A stretch of 22,722 nt of DNA from Ginkgo biloba (Eukaryota; Plantae; Ginkgophyta). Under the pieces are notes generated by a model. The model was not told the origin of the DNA, did not search any database, and worked only from the letters and a program-made list of their open reading frames with translations. The stretch lies in NCBI GenBank assembly GCA_024626585.2, contig JANKJI020000004.1:115726717-115749438 (forward strand). The letters run 5' to 3'. The first letter of the stretch is position 1, and the number at the start of each line of letters is the position of its first letter. Positions 11,089 through 21,856 of this stretch are shown here, piece by piece. A program made the translations under genes and the position numbers.

Positions 11089-13685
11089 TAAGTGAGAATC
11101 TTCTCAATGAATATTCAAAAGTGACAACGATGAAGTATAAGCGAAGATTACTGAGATTNNNNNNNNNNNNNNNNNNNNTGGCAGAATAGTTTAGAAAAAT
11201 AACGCAATGCAAAAGAGAGAAGTCTAAGCAAAGAGCATGTCATTCCTGCAACATACGCATAGCCATCGTGAGGCACCAAAAGATATATGTGAAAATGCAG
11301 TGTGTCCGAAACAAGGATGGAGGCTCCTACAAATCTCTTTCTGTTTTGAGAGTTGGTTTACATTCAACTGGAAGACAACTTTCAGATCTAGAAGGCACTG
11401 TTTATCATATTCAACACTGTTAATGACAGCCACNNNNNNNNNNNNNNNNNNNNNNNNNNNNNNNNNNNNNNNNNNNNNNNNNNNNNNNNNNNNNNNNNNN
11501 NNNNNNNNNNNNNNNNNNNNNNNNNNNNNNNNNNNNNNNNNNNNNNNNNNNNNNNNNNNNNNNNNNNNNNNNNNNNNNNNNNNNNNNNNNNNNNNNNNNN
11601 NNNNNNNNNNNNNNNNNNNNNNNNNNNNNNNNNNNNNNNNNNNNNNNNNNNNNNNNNNNNNNNNNNNNNNNNNNNNNNNNNNNNNNNNNNNNNNNNNNNN
11701 NNNNNNNNNNNNNNNNNNNNNNNNNNNNNNNNNNNNNNNNNNNNNNNNNNNNNNNNCAACGACAATCCACAAATTACATTTTTCATCATATTAACTAGAG
11801 CAATTTGGCCAGATCAACGACAATCCACAAATTTAAAGGGCTACAAAATTTGCACTTCCATAGAGTAAGGATAAACTGAAAGGAACATATCAATTTATAA
11901 ATTCCAGTAATATTGTTTCGAATCGCTAAAATTAAACATTCTCTAAATAAATCCATGAGAGCATTACAAAAATATATAGAAGAAACCATGATAGCAGTTC
12001 AAAATATATGGAATACTACTTGTTTAACGTACAGATAGCTCAGGACTAAAGGCATATAAAACCTAAACATAAAACCAAAAAGAGGGTAGTCCTCAGCAAT
12101 TAGCTCCTAAATTCAAGATTTAAATACAAGAGTATGATCATGAAAAATATTTTGATAATTAATTACGATACATTGCCATTACACTCATTCAGCAGTGTAA
12201 GAGATGTTCAGTCTGTTAAAATAATTATTCTTGCAATGGGAAATAACAATTGAAGCACAAATGCACGAGACAAAGCATAAAGAGAGATACTAAAGGTCAT
12301 CTATTGATGTTATTTGTTAATATTATAACAAGACACAGCATATGCAAAGAGAATGTGCGCTTCTAGCTAACATCTGGTCATTTCTGCACAATAATACACA
12401 TTAAACAAGCCAAATATTTCACATTGAACAAACCAACCCATGATAGACTTGAACCGAAACGCAGGAAATCCATGACATCATGGCTTAATCTCACCGGCGC
12501 GGCAAAATTTATATTTGGGTTAATGAATTAAACGGTTTATGTAATAAGATTATAAACACCAGTTGAGCAGAACCAAGGATGAATTAAAGGAAGCTAAGGT
12601 AAGGTAAGTTATTATATGAGAGGACAGAAAACGCAACTAAGTCATTAGCTCAGGTGATAGAGGCTCAAATTATATGTTCTGAGATAACTTCATCTGTGTC
12701 TTTTGTGCTGATTATGTGTGTAAAACAAGAGGTTTGAACTCATAACTACATGTTGACAAATGAAATGCATTTCATCTCATGTATGATGGATTAAATTATA
12801 CTTAGATGACCACAAAAAATTCTTCCTGGTGAACTTTTTGGTGCATGCTAGTGCACCCAGAAGTTCAGATCATTCATAAGAAAAGTATGAATACTAATGA
12901 AAGTTATTGGGGAACCTAAATACAAACTAAGATAAATTTTAAAGATTTCAATAAATTTTCATAGATTTTTTTTAAAAAAAAAAGGTGAATTAATAATGTC
13001 ACTAGAGCGAACTCTCTAACATTATANNNNNNNNNNNNNNNNNNNNNNNNNNNNNNNNNNNNNNNNNNNNNNNNNNNNNNNNNNNNNNNNNNNNNNNNNN
13101 NNNNNNNNNNNNNNNNNNNNNNNNNNNNNNNNNNNNNNNNNNNNNNNNNNNNNNNNNNNNNNNNNNNNNNNNNNNNNNNNNNNNNNNNNNNNNNNNNNNN
13201 NNNNNNNNNNNNNNNNNNNNNNNNNNNNNNNNNNNNNNNNNNNNNNNNNNNNNNNNNNNNNNNNNNNNNNNNNNNNNNNNNNNNNNNNNNNNNNNNNNNN
13301 NNNNNNNNNNNNNNNNNNNNNNNNNNNNNNNNNNNNNNNNNNNNNNNNNNNNNNNNNNNNNNNNNNNNNNNNNNNNNNNTACAAACAACCCACATGTTTA
13401 TAGTCAAATGATTTCCAAAGAAAGAATTTCAAATGCAACTTGACCAGATTAAATTCCAGGAGCCTACAAAATACAGTCATTGATAAATTAATCAAAAGAC
13501 GTCGAGTCAAACAGAAGTATACTATTAAACCATGACTACATAAATACTTCTTTCAGATTGAATTCATGGTTTCAAAGATCAGACAATATGCAAATATACA
13601 TANNNNNNNNNNNNNNNTAACAGACGACTAGAGTTATTTATTGAGCTCCTCTACACATTTCAACATACCAACATTGGAATTCAGG

Positions 13686-13739
13686 TCAGGAACACTGAAA
13701 GAATGGTCTCTGAACCCACACACGTAGTGAGGGTCCCAT
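13686..13739 (-). CDS. Candidate 17-aa small ORF/uORF MGPSLRVWVQRPFFQCS
   Basis: ATG in a strong context (aagATGG) inside the predicted 131-nt exon. No homology recognised. Confidence 0.25.
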   Translation of the reverse strand: MGPSLRVWVQRPFFQCS

Positions 13740-14619
13740 CTTCACTTCTGATCAATGAAAATATGAGGTGATCGATGAGAATGAAAAGCGCTCTATTATC
13801 TACATACATTGACAGAAAACAAACAATAAATTAAATATTATGACAGGTTAATAAATCACTCGAAATCGACGAAGGGCTATAAACACACAAAATCAAAATT
13901 AGGAGAAAATAAAATTATACACAAATATAAATATTCAAAATCGAAGACACTTCTAAAATGATCAATGTTTTTACTCAACGATATCCACATCAATTGCAAA
14001 CGACTGGTTGACATTACTATTAATGCTTGAAATTATGTAACAGAAGATAATTTGGTTAATCAGAAGTATACTTATAACGTAACCAGCCAAAGACGCAGAA
14101 CCGAAGGACTCAAATAGCAAATAAATATTATGCCAAATTTATGAATCATTAAATAATCACATGTAACAACAAATAATGGAATATTAATCATAAAACAAAT
14201 AAGAGAAGAACACTGGCAACTATGATTTGCTCTGGCTAATACCTGAACGCAGATTTAGTTAATGAAACTTCTAACAAATAGCAGCCATGTTTTGTCTTCA
14301 ATATTAAATTTTTTCAACATACTGATACAACGCAATCAATCAACTCTCTGCAATACCAAGAAATAAAATATGTTTAATGAACAAAATACATACTTGGACA
14401 AATAAATTTGACGTTATTAATTAGATATGAGAACAAGTACACAAACAAATAAATTAAGTCAAATATATCCAAGACATATAGATCATTCAGTAAAATCAAA
14501 CAAACTATGTCAGAAAATAAGATACAGAATACAAAAACTTTAACCAAGTACTAAAACAAAACAGAATCAGACTCATTTCCAAAAACAAGAATTGAGTTTG
14601 CGCGGACTTGAATTGCGCT

Positions 14620-14970
14620 CAAATGACGCCCTCTATCTATATTCATACAAACAAAAATAAATAAATAATTCAATATATTTTTTTTGTCAAAAATCTAGCC
14701 GTTATCAAATTTTACCGTTGGTTACCGACCACGTGGCACTTTATCATTCATCTATCTCTGACTCTGATATTAACGAATTGCAAGTCGAGTGATGATATTC
14801 CCCAATGATCCGACGCTTATGATCGACAAGAATCTCTGATCGTGTACATAGTCGCTATCTTCACATCCCCACGCTCCCACTACTACTAGCATACATAATC
14901 CTCCTCTTCATGTCTCCACCCCGCTCCCACTCGCATAAAGTGGAGTGCCGTTGGTATATCCTCCACGTGA
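14620..14970 (-). promoter_or_regulatory. Plant Pol II promoter with TATA-like box, CCA1-binding site, MSA/MYB cores, DRE/CRT and ABRE/G-boxes
   Basis: TATAGATA (minus, 14641-14634). AAAAATCT 14689-14696. CCGTT at 14699, 14715 and 14948. ACCGAC 14724-14729 abutting CACGTGGC 14730-14737. CACGTG 14964-14969. CpG-rich relative to the window. Confidence 0.7.
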
Positions 14971-15399
14971 TCATATTTTTCCATTGATCATGTGCATGCA
15001 AGATGCATCTGTGTAATAACTTACCATGGCGTCATTATCAGTCTCGTTACGATCCCTGCTATCCAATTTTAAATTAAAACACGTTTTATTTTAAAATTAA
15101 TAAAGGAATATGCAAGGGGGATAGATAACTTAAGTACAAGAAATTTCTTTATAAAAAAGACGTCTCAATTTTCGTTTCTTCCAACACACTAAAAATATAT
15201 TATATAATTATAACATATTTTTAAATAATTTAAGAATTTTTTTTGTTTTGATAAATAGTGGTTTCTCTATAAATACCATAGCTACTCCATAAGTTCACTC
15301 AAAAATTACAAGGTGGAGAGCCAAAAAGGAGAACATTGTCATCTAGATAATTATATAAAATTATGAAGCAAAATAAATAAAAAAGGTAACTAATGCACA

Positions 15400-16200
15400 A
15401 GTCCAACAAAGGAATTTATTGTGGCCAAGAAATTATCTTTATAGGAATAAAAATTATATAATATTTTCCCTCATTTATATAACCAACCATTAAACCTTCT
15501 CTACTAGTAGGATCTATCTTTTTTCCTTTATCATGTGCAACACCTCTATGATGTCTCTCATGAGGATGTAGATGGTAGTCGTATTGATAAGGATGTTGCA
15601 TTACAACCCATTTGTGATAATTTACTTGAGACTATAGCTAAAAGTCGTGTATAGGGTGCAACAAAGTGAGTCTAAGCATCATACAAATCCTAGATCTTGG
15701 AGAGTAGGTTCTAGAGGATATATTCTTTTAGAGCATGCACCTCCATATATGCTTATATCTAATAGTGCAAAGTATAAATTCATAATGAGAAGCAATAAGA
15801 CTCCACATGAGAAATTTGAACAAAGCTAAAGATCACATCATTTCTTGCCTTCCATTGAGTCCACAATAACTTAATACATTAAATATGTCAATTAGAATGA
15901 AAACCAACATCTAGTGAATGAACATCTCCAAACAACACCTTTTGCCAAGATTAAGGTGATCTAAGTTTATGGTTCTACCAATAAAAATCCACAAAGGGTG
16001 AATGTGATAGGAGTTCCAAAACAAATGCAACAGTTTTCCTCTAGTTCCACAATGAAAAGATAGGTTAAAGGAAATTCAATCTTAGCAAGCCAAGTTCCTA
16101 ATGGGAGACCATTATGGATAATCAATGAAGCAACTATCTTTTTCTTCTCCTCCACATTCATTGATTAAACAAGCCAACACCTCATCTGTAATGCTTGTAG
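15400..16200 (-). mobile_element. Ty1/Copia integrase-region remnant
   Basis: ORF 15416-15601 contains KKIDPTSREGLMVGYINEGKYYIIF, matching the Copia post-integrase SH3-like 'KLD.KS...IFVGY....KGY' motif. A frameshifted LE.VHSDV-like motif lies at ~15905-15933. Confidence 0.78.
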
Positions 16201-16299
16201 CAAATCAAAAATCCTTTTAAATGTGATTAAAATGCTTGGCTAGATCCAAAAAGGGTTTCAAGAAACCAAAAAAAAAAATTAATTGTAAAACCAAGGAAG

Positions 16300-19200
16300 G
16301 GAGTATTTGGTTTCCAAAGCTAGTCCAACCACCACATCTTATTACTCATGAAATATATGTTAGATTGAATCTCTTAAGGTAACTTAAATCTTTAATTAAC
16401 TTGTGGAAAATATATGCATGCAAATTAGGCAAATACCATAGATGATAAAATTCCTCCCATATATATCATGCACCATTACACCCATTCCAATGATCACTTG
16501 TATCGTGAATAATTTTTTTTAAAATGAAGTCTATCTAACACTAAAAGCATTAAGCCAGAGAATTCAAAATTGAAAAGGACAAGTGATTCCACTAAAAAAA
16601 AAAAGCGAGGAGATGACAAGATCATGATCTTACATTTTGCAACTTAACAAACAACGTTCTTTCTTCTAAGATGTCTAAATTGATCAAAAGACTACAAATC
16701 TTCTATTTTAATCTTAACCATAATTGTCAATAATTATTCGAGGTTAAGTCTTTCCCAAGAATCTAACACAAAGGAAGACCTTGAAGATTTCTAAAATTAA
16801 ATAATTCTTTCCAAGCACCATCACTCTCAATCACAAGGATAATTTATTTATGCACGTTAATTCTATGCTCTGAGCATGAATATATAAAATGCCTAAGCCA
16901 CCATCATCTCGGCATACATAGTAAATTACCCTTTTAACTTAGAAATACTCATTCTCTAAGAATAAAGTATATTATTTGGATTTTCTATCCCATTCCATCT
17001 TTTCACTTATAGCTACAATATTATCTCAGACAAACCTCCATTTCATAATTCTTGTTTGGTCTTACTTGACTTTTTGTCTCAAAGCATGTTTAATTCTCAA
17101 GTTTCACACTTTGGATAACACCTTGCAAGAGATGTCTAATAGTGTAATTAGCCTCCATCCTCCTTTTGGGCCTCCTCCTTACTTACCTCCATTAATTCCC
17201 CTTTCCATCTTGTCATTTTTTACTACTTCAATAAATAATTTAAATAAATTTCCACTTATAATATCCTAACACTTTTTATAAAACTCTATAAGAAGGTTAT
17301 TGCCTCCAAAGGATTAATCATTTTCCATTAACCATGGCTCATCTTCCAATTTTGAAAGTGTAATTGGNNNNNNNNNNNAAAACTAAATAACACTACTTGA
17401 GATGGATCATCTTTATTTCGAACCACTATAATACACTACCCCAAGGTTGCATGCTAATCACACTAGAGTTTTATACTAAATAATAGAAAATAAAATTGAA
17501 ATAAAATCCTATGAATGCGATTAGCCTCAAAGAATTATCCTCTATAAACCTCTTAAAGCCCAAACCTATCTAGAATTTTCTTTCCTCTATAAGGTNNNNN
17601 NNNNNNNNNNNNNNNNNNNNNNNNNNNNNNNNNNNNNNNNNNNNNNNNNNNNNNNNNNNNNNNNNNNNNNNNNNNNNNNNNNNNNNNNNNNNNNNNNNNN
17701 NNNNNNNNNNNNNNNNNNNNNNNNNNNNNNNNNNNNNNNNNNNNNNNNNNNNNNNNNNNNNNNNNNNNNNNNNNNNNNNNNNNNNNNNNNNNNNNNNNNN
17801 NNNNNNNNNNNNNNNNNNNNNNNNNNNNNNNNNNNNNNNNNNNNNNNNNNNNNNNNNNNNNNNNNNNNNNNNNNNNNNNNNNNNNNNNNNNNNNNNNNNN
17901 NNNNNNNNNNNNNNNNNNNNNNNNNNNNNNNNNNNNNNNNNNNNNNNNNNNNNNNNNNNNNNNNNNNNNNNNNNNNNNNNNNNNNNNNNNNNNNNNNNNN
18001 NNNNNNNNNNNNNNNNNNNNNNNNNNNNNNNNNNNNNNNNNNNNNNNNNNNNNNNNNNNNNNNNNNNNNNNNNNNNNNNNNNNNNNNNNNNNNNNNNNNN
18101 NNNNNNNNNNNNNNNNNNNNNNNNNNNNNNNNNNNNNNNNNNNNNNNNNNNNNNNNNNNNNNNNNNNNNNNNNNNNNNNNNNNNNNNNNNNNNNNNNNNN
18201 NNNNNNNNNNNNNNNNNNNNNNNNNNNNNNNNNNNNNNNNNNNNNNNNNNNNNNNNNNNNNNNNNNNNNNNNNNNNNNNNNNNNNNNNNNNNNNNNNNNN
18301 NNNNNACCTCTATGCTTCTTCCAATGAATCATATGGTTATATCCGACATAAGGTCTCTTTCTGGTCTAACAGGATAGCTTTTCTTCAATTCTCAAGGCCA
18401 GCTAATAAGCTTTATCCATGGTTAATCATATTATTCTTCTACTAACTTAGTTTGCAAAGCATTGCTCCACCACTTCCTTCTAGATGTTGAGTTACAACAA
18501 AACTGATAGAATCCCAAATAGTGTGTGTAGAAGAATAAAGCCTAAATCCACTTATATTGATCTCTTCCAAGGCTAAAAAGTTTGGGATACCCATTATTGA
18601 TCGAATAAGTTTTTCTATGAAATCTTTCCTCTATGGGATACAAATCCCTCGAACATTCTATCAAAAATAAGATAACTAAATTATAACAAAGCAATGACCT
18701 CACTATCCCCTCAAGATTTTCTACCAAAACAGCCTCCATGTTTGCATAACCCTTCATAATGTTGGGATGTTAAGAACCATTACCCTCCTTTGTAAATATA
18801 GCAAACTTATTATTCAAAACCAAAGATTCCCCCATCAGAGAATAAACCAACCCTTTTTTTTTGGCTTACTATTGAACAATCCATTATCCACCTAGGATTT
18901 ATATTCACATGAACACATATTTTTGGCATCAAAGATAATTCACCCTTTATTATAATTCCTAAGATTTTATTTAATATTTAGTATATAAGTATTCACAATA
19001 TCTCTCACACTATGAGTTACCTTTAAATTAAGAGAAGAGAAGATTGATGGCTTACCCTCTTTTGAGCTAGTCTTATTTTCTCAAATTTATTTCCATTAAC
19101 AGATAGTACTAACATATGTGATTTTTATCAAGTACTAACATATGTAGTTTGAAAAATATGGAAGAGAGTTTAAGAGGCGAATCCATAAGAGGGTCGTCAA

Positions 19201-19975
19201 AATTAGGTATAAACTTGTGTGAAGTTATACTTTCTTCAATAATTAGATGGTTAGAAATAGATAGAGGAAAAGACTTATATTGGACTACATTTCCACCTTC
19301 TATTAGAAGGATTCTAATATATTAAATACAAATTTTTCATAGCCACAATATTAGGATTTCTAGATCCATCTTTCCTTGGGAGTGTCAAAAGAGGACAATC
19401 TTTCATAAAATGATCAGTTTTATGATATTAGAAATAATCTAATGGAAAATTGAAAGAATAAAAAAATTATAGCTTAGTCCTAATAAATTAAATAAATCAA
19501 TCTCCTCAAATAGAGGAGTGTTCATGTCCACCACGATACAAACCTAAATATTTGGCCTAGAACTGAAGTACCTTTCTATTTTTCAATAAATAAACTCCCT
19601 TAAGGGTTGAATAATATGTTCGATGAAATCACAAATATGTAATGGAAAAATAGGCAATCCAACCCATGTGGGACATTTATCTTTGTGAGTAGTAAGGACA
19701 TTAAATTCAACCACCTAATTCTTGAAAAATAGAGGTGAATCACAATATGACCATATATCCACTATGTCTCTAGAAGTAATCATAAAGGACATCTATAGTT
19801 AACCAAGAAATTTGGTAAACCTCATAATATTTCCATAATTTTGAATAAATAATATTTTAATTTTACCTATAGAATCATACTATCGAAAAAATACCTAACC
19901 ATAGTATAATTTACAGTAAACCTTGCTAAAAACTCAACCTTTTTGTTATTAAGAAATATAGTGGATGGCATACCT
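16300..19975 (-). mobile_element. Decayed L1 LINE: ORF1 (DUF4283-like + zinc knuckle) and ORF2 (endonuclease, reverse transcriptase)
   Basis: RT: EFYKKC*DII and WRLITLLDISCKVLSKV*NLRIKHALRQKVK*DQTRIMKWRFV*DNIVAISEKMEW (~17290-16990). ORF1: WVGLPIFPL (~19667) and the knuckle HKTDHFMKDCPL (~19425-19390). Endonuclease-like decayed sequence lies between (18306-19250). The domain order is collinear with L1. Confidence 0.88.
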
Positions 19976-21738
19976 ANNNNNNNNNNNNNNNNNNNNNNNN
20001 NNNNNNNNNNNNNNNNNNNNNNNNNNNNNNNNNNNNNNNNNNNNNNNNNNNNNNNNNNNNNNNNNNNNNNNNNNNNTACCTATAATATGAGATTATCTAT
20101 ATGACCATAATTATGGAGGGAAGTGAACTTTTATATTCTCTACCATTTAGTAACTAGTTCCTCTAACATAATACTAAATCAACTACTATTGTAGACAACA
20201 TAAACTCTAATATTTCAGTAGAATTCCTAAATATGGAAAAGGACATAGTTGATAATAAGACCTAAAAATAAAGGAGGTAGTTTTATTACTAAATTAATAT
20301 ATTATAGGGATAATAAAATACAATACCTATATATTCATATTTAAGAAGGGGGGCATAGGCATATGCCTATAATTTATCCAACACTTTGTTGAAACCTAGG
20401 ACCATTAGATAGAACCCTTACTATAACTTCTAACTTAGTTACAATAGACTTGTATTAATAAGAAAGTGATATAAAGGTAAAGGTAGTGGAAGGGGAAGAA
20501 AGACTCCCTAATATTCTTGTTATTGCCCTTTTTCTCACCTCCAAATTTTTCTTTTAAGTTGTGTAAATTATATTGTTGCTAGTTACATCCATTGAATTGT
20601 TATCATTACAACCATTTCTTAGAGCTTATGAGTAGCATAATTCATTACCATTTCTTTCTCCTTAGCTTATGTATCCATGGTATTCATTCCTATTATTATC
20701 TCACTTGTGGTCCTCATTATTCCATGACTATCTTACTGTATAGGCCTTTTGCATTCCTTTAACCATATTTAATTATAGTTATTATGCCTCATATCATATA
20801 TATGGTCTTGCACCACCAATCCATGTAAGCTTAGAGGCTCATAAGCCTTAGTAATCTATCATCACTTAATTTCTCCCTATCATTTAAAATTCATGAAACC
20901 TTTACTTATAAATATAAATATCTCTTGATATTAAAGATCAAGAGGTATGGGGAATTCTTAATTATATTGCTACATTTGATTTCAACATGCTTATACTTGT
21001 TAGACATAATCGTGGATTATTAGGAAGACCTAGACTAAAACAGGTATATTATCATAATATTAATGTCTTAAAAATTTATATGCTCCTAAGACTAATGAGC
21101 CTCCACTCATACTAAATGGTATATTCCTATTCCTAGGATTGCTTTTAGATTTCCTTCCATGTGTTTGTGGTTCCAAAACCTAGACCTTTACATTCAATAT
21201 CTTCCTACCTATAGTGGTGAGGGACTTAGAACACCCTAATTTTCTAATGGGCCCTAATCACCTTGTTCAATAGGAAATTCATGTGCTATTATTATAAGTA
21301 CTTCATTTACATAGCATTGGCATCATAATTTTAAAAGGAACATTAATACATCACTTAAACAATAATCCCATATAATGATAAGGAATAGGTGCATGTATTA
21401 ATTATTTTCTTTTTGGATATGTTTATGTTATTATCATTTGGGGGATTATTTATTTTCCCTCGCTTATATTTTTGATATATACCTTGATAGAATTTACTNN
21501 NNNNNNNNNNNNNNNNNNNNNNNNNNNNNNNNNNNNNNNNNNNNNNNNNNNNNNNNNNNNNNNNNNNNNNNNNNNNNNNNNNNNNNNNNNNNNNNNNNAT
21601 TTGAGATTTATTTACACTTGAATATTAGTTAGATAAACTACATGCATAATAAAGAATAGATATTTTCTACAATCTAACTAGAATTTATGGTTAAGTCATT
21701 GGGAGATTTTGACTCACCTACTAAAAAATGTATCAAAG

Positions 21739-21749
21739 TGGTATCAGAG
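21739..21749 (+). other. Primer-binding site (tRNA-iMet)
   Basis: TGGTATCAGAG, 3 nt after the LTR-terminal CA. Confidence 0.92.
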
Positions 21750-21856
21750 AATAAATTCCTAATCTTGTATTTAATGGTGCAAATTAGAGTGAGATATTCA
21801 TTGAGTGGAGAGCCTTTATTGCTAGGGTTGGTGACTAATAGATTCTAAGGCATGGC

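Larger units (their letters stand above)
10990..14610 (-). other. Putative spliced Pol II transcription unit without a recognisable CDS (lncRNA/pri-miRNA, or a gene whose CDS lies in the gaps)
   Basis: CpGs are retained, unlike in the flanks, and the minus strand is strongly T-rich (plant intron-like). Candidate exon 13799-13669 (TGTAG| ... |GTATGT). Acceptor TTTTGTAG| at 13464 with an upstream TGAC branch-like motif. CGATT motifs in the 5' intron. Promoter upstream and a 3'UTR-like microsatellite region at ~11.0-11.2 kb. Confidence 0.6.

Noticed and set aside
11224-11433. Open frames on both strands (VAVINSVEY...NDMLFA; MSFLQHTH...)
   Set aside because: No recognisable domain and UTR-like composition. 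Cannot be called a CDS without the gap sequence, though not excluded.
11757-11834. 19-bp direct repeat CAACGACAATCCACAAATT with a box C-like ATGATGA on minus
   Set aside because: Abuts a gap edge (possible assembly artefact or local tandem duplication). No box D or terminal stem is visible, so a snoRNA is not supported.
11122-12582. Partial miRNA matches (TGACAACGA to miR535; CCAAGGATGA to miR169; GCCGCGCC to miR171)
   Set aside because: Only 8-10 nt matches, with no full mature sequence or star arm.
12645-12741. tRNA/SINE-like A box (TAGCTCAGGTGATAGAG) and B box-like GGTTTGAACTC
   Set aside because: Both boxes deviate from consensus, and there is no cloverleaf, tail or TSD.
19105-19145. 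15-bp direct repeat AGTACTAACATATGT
   Set aside because: Small local duplication or repair scar inside a dead LINE, with no functional indication.
20097-21498. Possible LTR or PPT-containing segment (AAGAAGGGGGG at ~20343)
   Set aside because: No termini, partner LTR or coding motif identified. Left unannotated as probable decayed repeat.
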